DNA of 64,000 bases from Waterburya sp. (GCA_965217895.1 CBDCJV010000002.1:1344001-1408000); one strand, 5' to 3'; counted from the first letter of the stretch, positions 41,416 to 52,124 are shown. Made by a program: numbers and translations. Notes: a model not told the origin generated them from the sequence alone.

Positions 41416-41618
41416 GGGATAGAAGATAAATGTATCAGAAACTGCAATAAATGAGTTTTGCTTAAGATAAATTAACAAAAATAAATTTTGATTAGTTTCA
41501 AATCTGCTGTTTTAATAAATTTTTGTAAAGTACAATTGCGGTCGCTTTATTTTTCTGGCTTGATAAGGGTAGTTAATAATTCATCTAAAGTTTTGTTTAT
41601 AGGAGTCAATTTTAAGCT

Positions 41619-42218
41619 ATGCAAATGCTCAAAAAAATATTCAAAGGCGATCGCAAATATTATTTAGAATTAGATGAACTAGCAGAATCTCAACCAGTAC
41701 AGAAAGTAGTAGAAACTGCTGAAAAAATAGGAGACTTTGCTCAAGAAAAGGCTGCAGAACTAGCAAAATCTCAACCCGTAAAAGAAGCAGTAGAAACCGC
41801 TGGAAAAGTAGCCGACAAAGTAGTTGATGCTGCGCCAGAAAAATTACAGTCTACTTTAACTACAGAAACCAAGCCAGCTAAATCTAAAGCTGCTAAAAAC
41901 GGTAAAGTCTCAAAAACTGGCAAAGTCGCTAAGAATGGTAAAAATGCAGTGAAAAAAACTGCTGAAAAAGAACCAAATAAGCCTGCTGCTGCGCCTCAAA
42001 ATTCAGGCGCATCCTCGTATGATCCTCCATTTTGGGTTGCTGCTATGTACAACAACACTAGCAGTAATAACGGTAGTGCAAATGGCAGTTCGGATTCAGG
42101 ACAAACTTTTGCCACTGACAATTTGATGCCGATAATCACTAAATCTCGTCGTCGCCCTGGTGCTAGTTTAAATCAATTTAAAGACATGGCTAGAAAAGCC
42201 AAAACCCCTAGAAGTTAA
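41619..42218 (+). CDS. Hypothetical low-complexity protein with an internal 27-aa-period duplication
   Basis: GGAG RBS; ELAESQPVQKVVETAEK / ELAKSQPVKEAVETAGK; Lys/Ala-rich middle; C-terminal TFA.D.LMP...RRRPG.SL..FKDMAR. Confidence 0.75.
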   Translation: MQMLKKIFKGDRKYYLELDELAESQPVQKVVETAEKIGDFAQEKAAELAKSQPVKEAVETAGKVADKVVDAAPEKLQSTLTTETKPAKSKAAKNGKVSKTGKVAKNGKNAVKKTAEKEPNKPAAAPQNSGASSYDPPFWVAAMYNNTSSNNGSANGSSDSGQTFATDNLMPIITKSRRRPGASLNQFKDMARKAKTPRS

Positions 42219-42390
42219 CTTAAAATTAACTTTCAAACTTTATTTGATTTTTGCCTAACAAATAGTTCCTAAGCCAAGTTTTGGCACAGAATATAAAAAA
42301 CAACTTTTGTAAAATACAAGTAGACGGAATGATTAGCTTCACGCTTGGCATCCTTCCGTCTTTATTTTTAGATTTATAATTTTCTAAGCA

Positions 42391-42500
42391 TTAGGGCGTG
42401 TCATCAACATGGCGATTGCACAAGCTGCTTGCGAAGCAGCGTGCCTCGCCATCAATTAGAGAAAAAAGCATTCTTCCCTCAAAATGATGACACGCCCTAA
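42391..42500. mobile_element. 110-bp MITE with 16-bp perfect terminal inverted repeats (IS5-like ends)
   Basis: ttagggcgtgtcatca ... tgatgacacgccctaa; no coding capacity; contains an internal hairpin module at about 42411-42450. Confidence 0.8.
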
Positions 42501-42627
42501 ACTACATCTAAAAATCTTGAATTTGGCAGAGTCAAGCAAATATACATTTGCTCTCTAACTTTGTCCCTCTTTCAGATAAGATTAGAATTGCTGCTTTAAA
42601 TTGAACGAGTCGCAGATTACTCCGCCA

Positions 42628-42930
42628 CGTCCCGCATGAAGCTGTTCCTAAACGGAACAGCACGGGGACTTCTAAACGGACGAAGCGAAGGTCAGCATTC
42701 CCTTGCGCCTGACGGCGACGCGGTGAAGCAGTTGCGGTGGACGGGTTTCCAAGGGGCTGTCTGCCGAACCTGCGTCGGCAGTTTATAAGCCCCGTCGGCA
42801 TAAGCAAACTGCTGAACCCTTTAGGGGGTCTGACCTCAGCTGTGACCGTTGGTCAGCCAGCAGAAGTTTCGTCTGTAATGGCAACAGATGTTGGGAGTAT
42901 CCCCTTTCTTGTTTGAAGCCAACATTTGCT
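42628..42930. repeat. Second nested cluster of hairpin small dispersed repeats upstream of acpP
   Basis: Module G (42628-42671); element A (42695-42830) split by module B, which is split by module D (42751-42795); further hairpins to about 42930. Confidence 0.85.
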
Positions 42931-43012
42931 TAGGAAATAGACTTGCAAAGTTTGCCTAATATAATGTTTTGTTTATTTTTGTTAAAACGGGTTAATGAGT
43001 GAGAAAAAATTG

Positions 43013-43261
43013 ATGAATCAAGAAATTTTTGAAAAGGTAAAAAATATAGTAGTTGAGCAATTAGAAGTTGAAGCAGACAGAGTTACGCCTGAAGCTAGCT
43101 TCGCCAATGATTTGGGCGCAGATTCTTTAGATACCGTAGAATTAGTTATGGCTTTAGAAGAAGAATTTGATATTGAAATTCCTGATGAAGCAGCAGAACA
43201 GATAGATACAGTGGGAAAAGCAGTAGAACATATAAGTTCTGAAACTGGAGCAGCTGCTTAG
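43013..43261 (+). CDS. acpP: Acyl carrier protein
   Basis: [20 protein letters not shown]; the start could be 42995 or 43013. Confidence 0.97.
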   Translation: MNQEIFEKVKNIVVEQLEVEADRVTPEASFANDLGADSLDTVELVMALEEEFDIEIPDEAAEQIDTVGKAVEHISSETGAAA

Positions 43262-43343
43262 TTTAATCCATTCCGTTGGTCAAAATGCCAAAAGCAGCCT
43301 CAAACAAATACTGACTAAAGAAAAGTGTTTTAGAGAGCAAATT

Positions 43344-44594
43344 ATGACAAATAGGCAAAAAAAACGAGTTGTAATTACAGGCTTGGGAGCTATTACCCCG
43401 ATTGGTAATAGCTTAGCAGAATACTGGGCTGGTCTATTACAGAGTCGTAATGGAGTAGGTGCAGTAACTTTGTTTGATGCCTCGCAACACGCCTGTCAAT
43501 TTGGTGCTGAGGTTAAAGATTTTGATCCCTGTCAATATCTGGATAAAAAAGAAGCCAAACGGATGGATCGCTTTGCTCAATTTGGAGTTTGTGCTAGCAA
43601 ACAGGCGATCGCCGACGCTAATTTTGAAATTAACGATTTAAACGCCGATCAAGTTGGAGTTCTAATTGGCACAGGGGTAGGTGGTTTGCAGGTGATGGAA
43701 GATCAAAAGGAAAACTTACTGACCAAAGGACCAAGAAAAGTTAGCCCTTTCACTATCCCCATGATGATCTCCAATATGGCTGCGGGGTTAACGGCAATTC
43801 ATACGGGAGCAAAGGGTCCAAATTCCTGTACTGTAACCGCCTGTGCTGCTGGCTCTCATGCCATTGGCGATGCTTTTCGGCTCATTCAGGGAGGCTATGC
43901 AGTAGCCATGATCTGTGGTGGTGCAGAAGCAGCAATAACGCCCCTTTCTTATGCTGGATTTTGTTCTGCTAAAGCTCTTTCTACACGCAATGATGACCCG
44001 ACCCGCGCTAGTCGACCTTTCGATCGCGATCGCGATGGTTTTGTGATGGGAGAAGGTTCGGGCATTCTCTTTCTAGAAGAATTAGAACACGCCCTTGCTC
44101 GTGGCGCAAAAATATACGCTGAGATTGTCGGTTATGGGATGACCTGTGATGCTTACCATATGACCTCTCCTGTACCAGGAGGACAAGGAGCAGCCAAAGC
44201 AATTGAATTAGCACTGACGGATGGAGAATTGACTCCAGAGCAGGTAGACTATATTAACGCTCACGGTACCAGCACTTCCGCCAATGATTCTAATGAAACT
44301 AGCGCGATCAAAAAAGCACTAGGGACAAGAGCCAAACAAATTCCAGTAAGCTCAACTAAATCAATGACTGGTCACTTGTTAGGAGGATCGGGAGGAATTG
44401 AAGCGGTAGCGGTGGCAATGGCGATCGCTAATGACAAAGTGCCACCAACAATTAATCTGGTTAACCCAGATCCTGATTGCGATTTAGATTATGTACCTAA
44501 TATCAGTCGCGATCGCCAAGTAAATGTGGCCTTATCAAATTCTTTTGGTTTTGGCGGTCATAATGTTACTCTAGCTTTTAAAAAATATAGCTAA
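43344..44594 (+). CDS. fabF: Beta-ketoacyl-ACP synthase II
   Basis: RVVITGLG, TACAAG, NAHGTST, STKSMTGHLLG, SNSFGFGGHN. Confidence 0.97.
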   Translation: MTNRQKKRVVITGLGAITPIGNSLAEYWAGLLQSRNGVGAVTLFDASQHACQFGAEVKDFDPCQYLDKKEAKRMDRFAQFGVCASKQAIADANFEINDLNADQVGVLIGTGVGGLQVMEDQKENLLTKGPRKVSPFTIPMMISNMAAGLTAIHTGAKGPNSCTVTACAAGSHAIGDAFRLIQGGYAVAMICGGAEAAITPLSYAGFCSAKALSTRNDDPTRASRPFDRDRDGFVMGEGSGILFLEELEHALARGAKIYAEIVGYGMTCDAYHMTSPVPGGQGAAKAIELALTDGELTPEQVDYINAHGTSTSANDSNETSAIKKALGTRAKQIPVSSTKSMTGHLLGGSGGIEAVAVAMAIANDKVPPTINLVNPDPDCDLDYVPNISRDRQVNVALSNSFGFGGHNVTLAFKKYS

Positions 44595-44882
44595 TTTCTT
44601 CAATTTGATGTTTGATACAGATAAGAAAATTATTTTACCTGAATTTACAGTTTTATAGCTGCTTATATTTTGTCAGCAAGACACAATCCAATAGTTAATT
44701 ACAGCAGAATTATTTGTCTGATTAATAATACTTTAACTTGCGACCCGTTCCTTTAGGATGGGAAGATAAGAAAAAGACTTGAGACAGATTTTTAGGATCA
44801 AGTTTAAAAAACCAAAGCTCCTTTCTAGGTGCATTGAGAAAGCTCAAATTTTGTTTTATCGTCGTTTATTTATATAACAAAT

Positions 44883-46916
44883 ATGGTAGTTGCCACCCAA
44901 TCAACATCAACTAAGTCAGTTGAAGAACTTTGTATTAATTCAATTCGGTTTTTAGCAGTAGATGCCATAGAAAAATCTCAGTCTGGACATCCAGGACTAC
45001 CTATGGGTGCTGCTCCTATGGCTTTCGTAATGTGGGATAAGTTTATGCGCTTCAATCCCAAAAACCCTAAGTGGTTTAATCGCGATCGCTTTGTTCTCTC
45101 TGCCGGTCACGGTTCAATGTTGCAGTATGCCTTGATGTATCTGGTAGGTTTTGATAGCGTCAGCATTGAAGACATTAAACAATTCCGTCAATGGGGTTCT
45201 AGTACTCCAGGACACCCCGAAAACTTTGTCACTGAAGGGATTGAAGTAACTACTGGACCTCTTGGTCAAGGTATTGCTAATGGTGTAGGTTTAGCAGTAG
45301 CAGAAGCTCATCTAGCAGCTAAGTTCAACAAAAGCGATGCTAAACTTGTTGACCATTACACTTACGTAATTCTTGGTGACGGCTGCAACATGGAAGGAAT
45401 TTCTGGTGAAGCCTGTTCCTTTGCTGGACACCAAGGACTAGGTAAATTAATCGCTCTTTATGACGATAATCATATTTCCATTGACGGTTCAACTGAGGTG
45501 GCATTTACCGAAGACGTTTCCAAACGCTTTGAAGCTTACGGTTGGCACGTACTCCATGTAGAAAATGGTAACACTGACCTAGACGCGATCGCTCTTGCCA
45601 TCAAAGAGGCTAAGTCAGTCACTGACAAACCCACCATGATTAAAGTAACAACCACTATCGGTTATGGTGCGCCCAATAAGCAAAACACTGGCGGTATTCA
45701 TGGCTCTGCTTTAGGAGGCGACGAAATCAAGCTTACCCGCGAAAACCTAGGCTGGAATTATGAACCTTTTGAAATTCCTGAAGATGCCTTAAGCCATATG
45801 CGTAAAGCAGTTGAGCGCGGTGCTAGCCAAGAAGAAGAATGGAATCAGGTATTGGCTGACTATAAATCTAAATATGCAGAAGAAGCAGCAGAATTTGAGC
45901 GTTTCTTGAGCGGTAAACTACCTGATGGTTGGGCTGACGTATTACCTACATATACTCCTGAAGACAAAGCACTAGCAACTCGTAAACATTCTGAGACTTG
46001 CCTAAACAAGCTAGCTCCCGTGCTTACCGAACTAATTGGCGGTTCTGCGGATTTAACTCATTCTAACCTGACAGAATTAAAAGACTCTGGTGACTTTCAA
46101 AAAGGTGCGTATCAAAACCGTAACATCCACTTTGGTGTCCGCGAACACGGCATGGGCGCAATTTGCAACGGTATGTCTTTACATGGTTCTGGATTAATTC
46201 CTTACGGTGCAACTTTCCTTATCTTCACCGACTATATGCGTGCTGCAATTCGCTTATCTGCTCTATCAGAAGCAGGGGTGATTTGGGTAATGACTCACGA
46301 CTCCATTGGACAGGGGGAAGACGGCCCTACTCACCAGCCTATTGAAACCATAGCCTCCTTGAGAGCCATTCCTAACTTAACTGTAATCCGTCCTGCGGAT
46401 GGAAACGAAGTTTCTGGTGCATACAAGGTTGCTATTGAAAATGCCAAGCAACATAAACCAACTTTGATGGCATTTTCTCGTCAAAGTTTGCCCAATCTTG
46501 AAGGCACTTCCATGGAAGATACCACTAAAGGTGCTTATGTCTATGCTTGTGGCTTTGCCCCTGAAGAACTTGACCTGATCTTGATTGGTACTGGTAGCGA
46601 ACTACAGCTTTGTGCTGGTGCTGCCGAGAAGCTCAAAGCCGAAGGTAAGAAAGTTCGTGTAGTTTCTATGCCTTCTTGGGAACTGTTTGAAGCTCAAGAT
46701 GAAGCTTACAAAGACTCTGTACTACCTAAAGTTGCTGGCAAACGCTTGTCCGTTGAAGCTGGAACTAGCTTTGGTTGGCAGAAATATACTGGATTTGAAG
46801 GTGGCTCAGTCAGCATTGAACGTTTTGGTGCTTCTGCTCCTGGCGCGGTATGTCTAGAAAAATTTGGCTTTAGCGTTGATAACGTAGTGGCTAAAGCCAA
46901 AGAAGTAATTGGTTAG
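44883..46916 (+). CDS. tkt: Transketolase
   Basis: [53 protein letters not shown]. Confidence 0.97.
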   Translation: MVVATQSTSTKSVEELCINSIRFLAVDAIEKSQSGHPGLPMGAAPMAFVMWDKFMRFNPKNPKWFNRDRFVLSAGHGSMLQYALMYLVGFDSVSIEDIKQFRQWGSSTPGHPENFVTEGIEVTTGPLGQGIANGVGLAVAEAHLAAKFNKSDAKLVDHYTYVILGDGCNMEGISGEACSFAGHQGLGKLIALYDDNHISIDGSTEVAFTEDVSKRFEAYGWHVLHVENGNTDLDAIALAIKEAKSVTDKPTMIKVTTTIGYGAPNKQNTGGIHGSALGGDEIKLTRENLGWNYEPFEIPEDALSHMRKAVERGASQEEEWNQVLADYKSKYAEEAAEFERFLSGKLPDGWADVLPTYTPEDKALATRKHSETCLNKLAPVLTELIGGSADLTHSNLTELKDSGDFQKGAYQNRNIHFGVREHGMGAICNGMSLHGSGLIPYGATFLIFTDYMRAAIRLSALSEAGVIWVMTHDSIGQGEDGPTHQPIETIASLRAIPNLTVIRPADGNEVSGAYKVAIENAKQHKPTLMAFSRQSLPNLEGTSMEDTTKGAYVYACGFAPEELDLILIGTGSELQLCAGAAEKLKAEGKKVRVVSMPSWELFEAQDEAYKDSVLPKVAGKRLSVEAGTSFGWQKYTGFEGGSVSIERFGASAPGAVCLEKFGFSVDNVVAKAKEVIG

Positions 46917-46957
46917 TTAAGTGCGAATTGGAAATAACCTAATAACTTTTATTAACT

Positions 46958-46983
46958 GGCTCTGCCTTATGCAGGGCTTTTTT
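46958..46983 (+). terminator. Rho-independent terminator after tkt
   Basis: ggctctgc-cttat-gcagggct followed by a T-run. Confidence 0.65.
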
Positions 46984-47167
46984 AATTTGCTAAAAATACT
47001 ATTCCTTGGTGAAATAACCCCCAAAATCGTTTTATAGTCATTCCAAATAGTAATGCTTCGGTCATAAAACCTCGATTCCAATCAAAAATAGCTGGTGCGC
47101 CTTTAATAGAAGGCGATCGCAATTTGAGACGTGGCGTTTCTATTATCTTTGGTGGTTCCTTTATCAA
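46982..47167 (-). pseudogene. RimJ/RimL-type GNAT remnant with an internal deletion
   Basis: The N-terminal IETPRLKLR...A.AIF is joined directly to motif-A-like WNRGFMTEAL. Confidence 0.5.
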
Positions 47168-47229
47168 CTTATTATCTCAAGAGCGATCGCCCGTGTTAAA
47201 GTCCATATAGTTTGTCTTTACTAAGTAAT

Positions 47230-47583
47230 TTAAACCAATCGAAAGATGAAAGGATAGCGAAAAGCTTTTTCTGGAGTTTGTAAACATTGAGCGACTGCCC
47301 AGATTGAAAAGCCCCAATGAACTAGAAGCCATATAGGCCCTAAAATAAAACCTAATAAACCAAGGGTAAAAAAGGACAGGATAGCAATGATGCCTCCCAC
47401 AAGCCACACATTTAGATGAAAGTTAATTGCTTCTTTGGCGTTTTCCCGAACTAAAGCATCTTCAGATACTACCAAAATTGCGATTGGTATCCCTATAGAC
47501 AGTACTAAAGCACTAATAAATACTGAGCCATGAGCCACGGCAGAGAGCAATTTTTGTTTGTCGAAATTAGATTCTGCTTGCAT
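47230..47583 (-). CDS. DUF4870-like membrane protein
   Basis: LLS...HG, IPIAI....D..V..NAKE..NFH.N, FRYPFIFR. Confidence 0.8.
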   Translation of the reverse strand: MQAESNFDKQKLLSAVAHGSVFISALVLSIGIPIAILVVSEDALVRENAKEAINFHLNVWLVGGIIAILSFFTLGLLGFILGPIWLLVHWGFSIWAVAQCLQTPEKAFRYPFIFRLV

Positions 47584-47743
47584 TTTTACCCCTAACAGCA
47601 TCTATAATGCTGAAACTTTTTTTAAGACATTTAAATACTATCGTTTGTTCAGTATTTTAAGAAGTAGAAATTACACTAAACAAAATACAAAAAAGCACCC
47701 CGCTAACTGTGGATGCTTGATAATTAATGCTAGTAGAGTTAGT

Positions 47744-47881
47744 TTATTTAAATCCTACTGCTGCTTGCCAAACAAAAGCTAAAAGAAGAAAGAACAGAGG
47801 AATAAGAGGCAGAACATCTACTAGAGGCTTAAACATAGCGTAAGCTTCAGGTAAATCTGCCAATATAATTGCAGCTTCCAT
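47744..47881 (-). CDS. psbK: Photosystem II protein K (absent from the ORF track)
   Basis: [45 protein letters not shown]. Confidence 0.97.
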   Translation of the reverse strand: MEAAIILADLPEAYAMFKPLVDVLPLIPLFFLLLAFVWQAAVGFK

Positions 47882-48052
47882 ATATTTGTATACCTTCCAA
47901 CAATTTTCTTAAAATATTATATTAAAAATAGTATCATAAATATGGCTTCAAGCATTTCGCAAAACCAGGTCGTGGTGATTGACGGTTAGGTCTACCAATA
48001 TTGTTGCTGGTAGTCGCGATCGCTTTGCACCATCTTTTTTTTATGCGTCGAA

Positions 48053-49159
48053 CTAATTTTGATTAAGCTTCCCATTAAGTTTGTCAATAAAAACAGCAAC
48101 TTTATCTGCTTCTTGGGTGTTGCCTGTGCTTTTATATAGCTTTAGAGCTTGATTAAAGGCAGCGATCGCCTCATCGTATCTTTTTCTAGCTTTTAAAGAA
48201 ATGCCTAAATAACGAAATCCAGAAGGGTTATTAGCAGCAATTGTCGTCAAACGTCTAAACTCAGAGGTAGAACGAAGATAATTATGCTTTGCTAAGTAAA
48301 CCTTACCAATGCCTTCAATAGCTTCTGCGGAATTGAGCTTTAGTCGAGATGCTTGTTGATATTCAATTAAAGCTGCGTCGAATTTTTGCTGTTGATACAG
48401 TACGTCTCCTATACGTAAATAAATCGAATGGTCATAAGGGTCATTTTGTTTGGCTATCTTTAATACTTTTAATGCTGATGTAAAGTCATTTTTTTCCAAA
48501 AGAGCGGTAGCCAACTGAATTTGTAAATCAGCTAATTGAGGATATTGCCCAATAGCTTTTTGAATTAAAGAAATAGCTTGGGAAGATTTGTCTTGTTCAA
48601 TTAAAAGGCGAGAGAGAACGCTGTAAGCCTGTTTGTTGTCAGGAGCGATCGCTAAAATATGATTATAAGTTTCAACTGCTTGATCGTATTCTTTTTCTCG
48701 TAGTAAGACCACTCCCAAACCAAGATGGTTTTGAATGTTGTCTGGCTCTAGTTCAATAGCTTTTTCATAGGCTACTGCTGCTTCAGCGTTTTCTCCTGCA
48801 TTACCCAGGCAAAAACCTAGAGCATAGTAAAGTTTGGGATCGTTAGGAGATAGAGCGATCGCCTGTTGATAAGCTTTTGCTGCTGCATCATATTCTGCTC
48901 TCAGAGTCTGCACATAACCAATGCCAGAAAAAATTTGCGAATTTTGCCGATCTAAACTAGCTGCTTTCTCGTAAGTTTTTAAAGCCCGATCGTAATCTTG
49001 TTTCTCTACATACTGTTTACCCTTGAGCAATAAGTTATTAAGCTCTAGATAATTTGCTTGAGCGATCGCCTGCTCGGAATTAGCCTTGGTTGCCGTGGGC
49101 AGTAGAAGAAGTCCTACTATAAAAGCAGAGCAAGTAAAGTTCGCAAGTTTATACGACAT
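48053..49159 (-). CDS. Secreted tetratricopeptide-repeat protein
   Basis: Signal peptide, then multiple 34-aa TPR units (A...Y..AI.L.P, LG..L). Confidence 0.9.
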   Translation of the reverse strand: MSYKLANFTCSAFIVGLLLLPTATKANSEQAIAQANYLELNNLLLKGKQYVEKQDYDRALKTYEKAASLDRQNSQIFSGIGYVQTLRAEYDAAAKAYQQAIALSPNDPKLYYALGFCLGNAGENAEAAVAYEKAIELEPDNIQNHLGLGVVLLREKEYDQAVETYNHILAIAPDNKQAYSVLSRLLIEQDKSSQAISLIQKAIGQYPQLADLQIQLATALLEKNDFTSALKVLKIAKQNDPYDHSIYLRIGDVLYQQQKFDAALIEYQQASRLKLNSAEAIEGIGKVYLAKHNYLRSTSEFRRLTTIAANNPSGFRYLGISLKARKRYDEAIAAFNQALKLYKSTGNTQEADKVAVFIDKLNGKLNQN

Positions 49160-49286
49160 AGAGTATTAATCGTTTTTCTTCAACAAATATTAAAATTTAC
49201 CATATCCACATAATAGGCAACCAATATATTAACTGCTAACAAGCTCGAATATTATTTTCAGTGGCGTTGTCATTTTGTTAAATTAA

Positions 49287-49335
49287 TACTTCTTACTTCT
49301 TACTTCTTACTTCTTACTTCTTACTTCCTACTTAC
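49287..49335. repeat. Heptamer tandem repeat (TACTTCT)n, STRR-type
   Basis: About 6-7 tandem units. Similar degenerate heptamer arrays occur near 12985, 15135, 30335 and 53833. Confidence 0.9.
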
Positions 49336-49430
49336 AAACCAATAGTTTTTGTTGTATCCTAATTTGATTTTGTACGGCTATATCTCTCATCCCTAAAATA
49401 GCTTGATGCTTCTGCATAAAAGCAGCAAAT

Positions 49431-50132
49431 TTACAATCCTCCAAACCACTCGTATCCCAAATCTTCCCAATATCCTGTAGTCGGCATCAACTGATTTGTT
49501 AGCACGATTTGAGTTACCCATTTACTTTGTTTGTAGCCCAACTTAATTGGGGAAGCCAGACGCAGAGGCGCACCATTATCAACCGACAAAGGTTGTCCAT
49601 TTTTCTGATATGCCATCAGCGTTTGAGGATGTGTTGCCGAGGCTAAATCCCAGCTTTCGTAGTAACCATCGGCAGATTTAAAATAAACATAACGGGCATT
49701 TGATTTAGGTTGAGCCAATCGAAGCAATTCGTATAGTCGCACTCCGCCCCATTGGACGATCGCTGCCCAGCCTTCGACACACACGTGCTGAATCACCATT
49801 GACGTTAGCGGTAGTGCCTGAAGATCTGTCAAACTTAGCTGCATCGGGTGATTAACTTCGCCTTCAATCTGTAGGCGATATTTTGCAGGATCGATTTGTG
49901 GTGTTTGATCGAAGGTGTTGATTAGAAGTTTATCAGGCTCGATCGCGTTAACTGGAAATTCAGGGACGGCTTTCTGGGTCAGAAACAAGGCTTGCGATGC
50001 TTGATTGAGTGGCTCAAAAGCCTGCCCGACTTCACTCGATCCCAAACTCGAACCACAGCTATTAAGCAGTAAAGTGGCAGTGGATAATCCAGACCACTGC
50101 AACAGTTGACGACGAGAAATAAATTTAGACAT
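49431..50132 (-). CDS. Molybdopterin oxidoreductase (sulfite oxidase/YedY-MsrP-like) with Tat lipoprotein signal
   Basis: SRRQLL...LLNSC; Mo-ligand Cys in HVCVEGW; NGAPLRL..P.KLGYKQ.KW; GYWED.GY. Confidence 0.88.
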   Translation of the reverse strand: MSKFISRRQLLQWSGLSTATLLLNSCGSSLGSSEVGQAFEPLNQASQALFLTQKAVPEFPVNAIEPDKLLINTFDQTPQIDPAKYRLQIEGEVNHPMQLSLTDLQALPLTSMVIQHVCVEGWAAIVQWGGVRLYELLRLAQPKSNARYVYFKSADGYYESWDLASATHPQTLMAYQKNGQPLSVDNGAPLRLASPIKLGYKQSKWVTQIVLTNQLMPTTGYWEDLGYEWFGGL

Positions 50133-50157
50133 TTTTCTAAAAAATAAATAATTATCC

Positions 50158-50766
50158 TCAAATAAACATAGATTTTATGAGGCGAACACTACCAACTCTT
50201 AAAGCCAACAATGAGTGAACGAATGTAAATAAGATAACAATAGGAACGGCAAGAAAATGAATGGTACGAAGCGTCTGCCAATTGACAAATAAGCTGGATA
50301 ACCAATGAAATGAAGCGGGTTTATACATTGCTAAACCAGACGCGATCGACAAGAGTAAAACGGGCAGAATGGCTGTATAAATCAATCGATGGAGTGCGTA
50401 ATTTTTGCGCTTGGGATTCTGGCTGACTCGCAATGCCTTAAGATCTCCTTCGCTGACATATCGTTTCTGCCAACGGCGGGAAATAAATACATAAAGTCCA
50501 TACCACAGCAGATTCAGGGCATAAAACCACATCGCCGTAAAATGCCAATGCCGTCCCCCTGCTAACCATCCACCTAGAGTTAAGAAACTGGGAAAATTCC
50601 ACCCAGCCCGCCCGCCAAACACTGGATTGGCGTTGTAAATTTGCAATCCACTAAAAAGCATTACAAACAGGCTAATCAAATTTGTCCAGTGAAAGATTTT
50701 TGACAAAAGAGACTGAGACGGAAACGGCTTAGATTTTCGACGTTTGGCGGGCATTGCAGAATTCAT
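50158..50766 (-). CDS. Cytochrome b/b6-domain membrane subunit (YdhU/Ni-hydrogenase cyt b-like)
   Basis: FHW.N, SGLQIYNA.P, GGWLAGGR.WHF, SGLAMYKP, R..HF, F.H. Confidence 0.85.
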   Translation of the reverse strand: MNSAMPAKRRKSKPFPSQSLLSKIFHWTNLISLFVMLFSGLQIYNANPVFGGRAGWNFPSFLTLGGWLAGGRHWHFTAMWFYALNLLWYGLYVFISRRWQKRYVSEGDLKALRVSQNPKRKNYALHRLIYTAILPVLLLSIASGLAMYKPASFHWLSSLFVNWQTLRTIHFLAVPIVILFTFVHSLLALRVGSVRLIKSMFI

Positions 50767-50783
50767 AATTAAAGTTCCTCATT

Positions 50784-51503
50784 CTAAATTGAAAATGTCG
50801 GAAAAAATGGAGCTAGCCAAAGCTGAATTTGGACATCCCAACCCAACAGAATTGCGATCGCGCTCACAATTACGATCGCACCTCCAACCTTTTGTAAGGT
50901 TGCACTTTGACGACGCAAACTAAGCAGTCTCTGACTAATTTTACGTCCGCCATAAGAAAGGGCAACAAGCGGTAACGCTGCCCCAAATCCATAAGCCAAT
51001 AATAAACCAAAAGCACTTAACCCTTGATGGTTGACGGCTGCTAGCACTAAAATTCCCCCTAAAACGGGTCCTGCGCAGGGTGTCCACAGCAGTCCCAACT
51101 GAGTTCCTAACCAAAATTCTCCCCACAGTCCAATTCGAGGACGTTCTTTAGTCCACTGCTGGATTGGCAAGTAGCTGAACAATTTATAACTCAAGCGGGG
51201 AAATAACGCCAGGATGCCCAAGATTAGAAGAATTGCGATCGCGCCATACCTTAGAAAATTAGCGAATCCACTAAACCAGCTTGCACTAATGCCTAATAAA
51301 CTTCCCGCAACTGCAAAGCCACTGACTAAGCCAGCGACGAGGGCAACTGGACCATAGCGATGAGACTGGAGCGATCGACCCAACAATATTGGCAAAATCG
51401 GCAACACACAAGGAGATAAAACCGTCACAATTCCAGCGAGAATCGCAATTTGAAAAGAAAGGGTAGATGTATTCATGACAGAAGAAAAGAAACGCAGGTG
51501 CAA
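50784..51503 (-). CDS. ccdA: CcdA/DsbD transmembrane electron transporter
   Basis: LSPCVLP.LP and WTPCAGP.L redox Cys pair. Confidence 0.88.
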   Translation of the reverse strand: MHLRFFSSVMNTSTLSFQIAILAGIVTVLSPCVLPILPILLGRSLQSHRYGPVALVAGLVSGFAVAGSLLGISASWFSGFANFLRYGAIAILLILGILALFPRLSYKLFSYLPIQQWTKERPRIGLWGEFWLGTQLGLLWTPCAGPVLGGILVLAAVNHQGLSAFGLLLAYGFGAALPLVALSYGGRKISQRLLSLRRQSATLQKVGGAIVIVSAIAILLGWDVQIQLWLAPFFPTFSI

Positions 51504-51512
51504 ATTGTCAAC

Positions 51513-52124
51513 TTAGGTTTCTTTCAATAGCTGCTGAATGGTCTGCTCAGTCGTATCATAAGCTCCTTCTCCAATATGGTCATATCGCATCAAGCCCCGT
51601 CGATCTGCCAAAAACAGATGAGGCCAATATTCATTGCTGTAAGCGTTCCACGTTTTGTATTCGTTGTCGATTGGCACAGGATAAGTAATTTGATGCTGTT
51701 TTAAGGCGCGTTTGACGTTATTTGGCTCACGCTCAAAGGCAAATTCTGGGGTATGAATGCCAACCACTCTTAGTCCTTGCACTGCATACTGGCGATGCCA
51801 TTTGACAATATAAGGCAGGGTGCGCTGACAATTGATGCAGGCAAACGTCCAAAATTGAATTAAGACAACATTGCCTTGGAGATCGGCGATCGCCAGAGGA
51901 GCTGAGTTTAACCACTGCTGAATACCCTGAAAATCTGGGATTGGTTTTCCAACAGCAGCCAGGATACTGGTTTCAGGTTTAGTCGCAGCAGGAATTGGTA
52001 GAGTCGTTACTGTAGAATTATTTTGCTGCCTACCTGCCCCAAGAGCAGCCGTTACGCCTGCTCCAACTACACCCAGACCCAGATAGAATAAAATTTGACG
52101 ACGCTGAAGAGAAAATCTGTCCAT
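51513..52124 (-). CDS. TlpA/DipZ-like thioredoxin with Tat-like signal
   Basis: RRQIL signal; WLNS.PL, FWTFACINC.RTLP, G.HTPEF.FE, N.YWP, GEG.Y. Confidence 0.88.
   Translation of the reverse strand: MDRFSLQRRQILFYLGLGVVGAGVTAALGAGRQQNNSTVTTLPIPAATKPETSILAAVGKPIPDFQGIQQWLNSAPLAIADLQGNVVLIQFWTFACINCQRTLPYIVKWHRQYAVQGLRVVGIHTPEFAFEREPNNVKRALKQHQITYPVPIDNEYKTWNAYSNEYWPHLFLADRRGLMRYDHIGEGAYDTTEQTIQQLLKET

Noticed and set aside
42532..42807. 91-aa minus-strand ORF
   Set aside because: Made of the same repeat modules; spurious.
42836..42882. Hammerhead ribozyme suggested by GACGAAAC on the minus strand
   Set aside because: No CUGANGA core in the required position.
49287..49335. Possible CRISPR array among the repeats
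   Set aside because: Only heptamer tandem repeats and hairpins; no repeat-spacer periodicity and no cas genes in the window.
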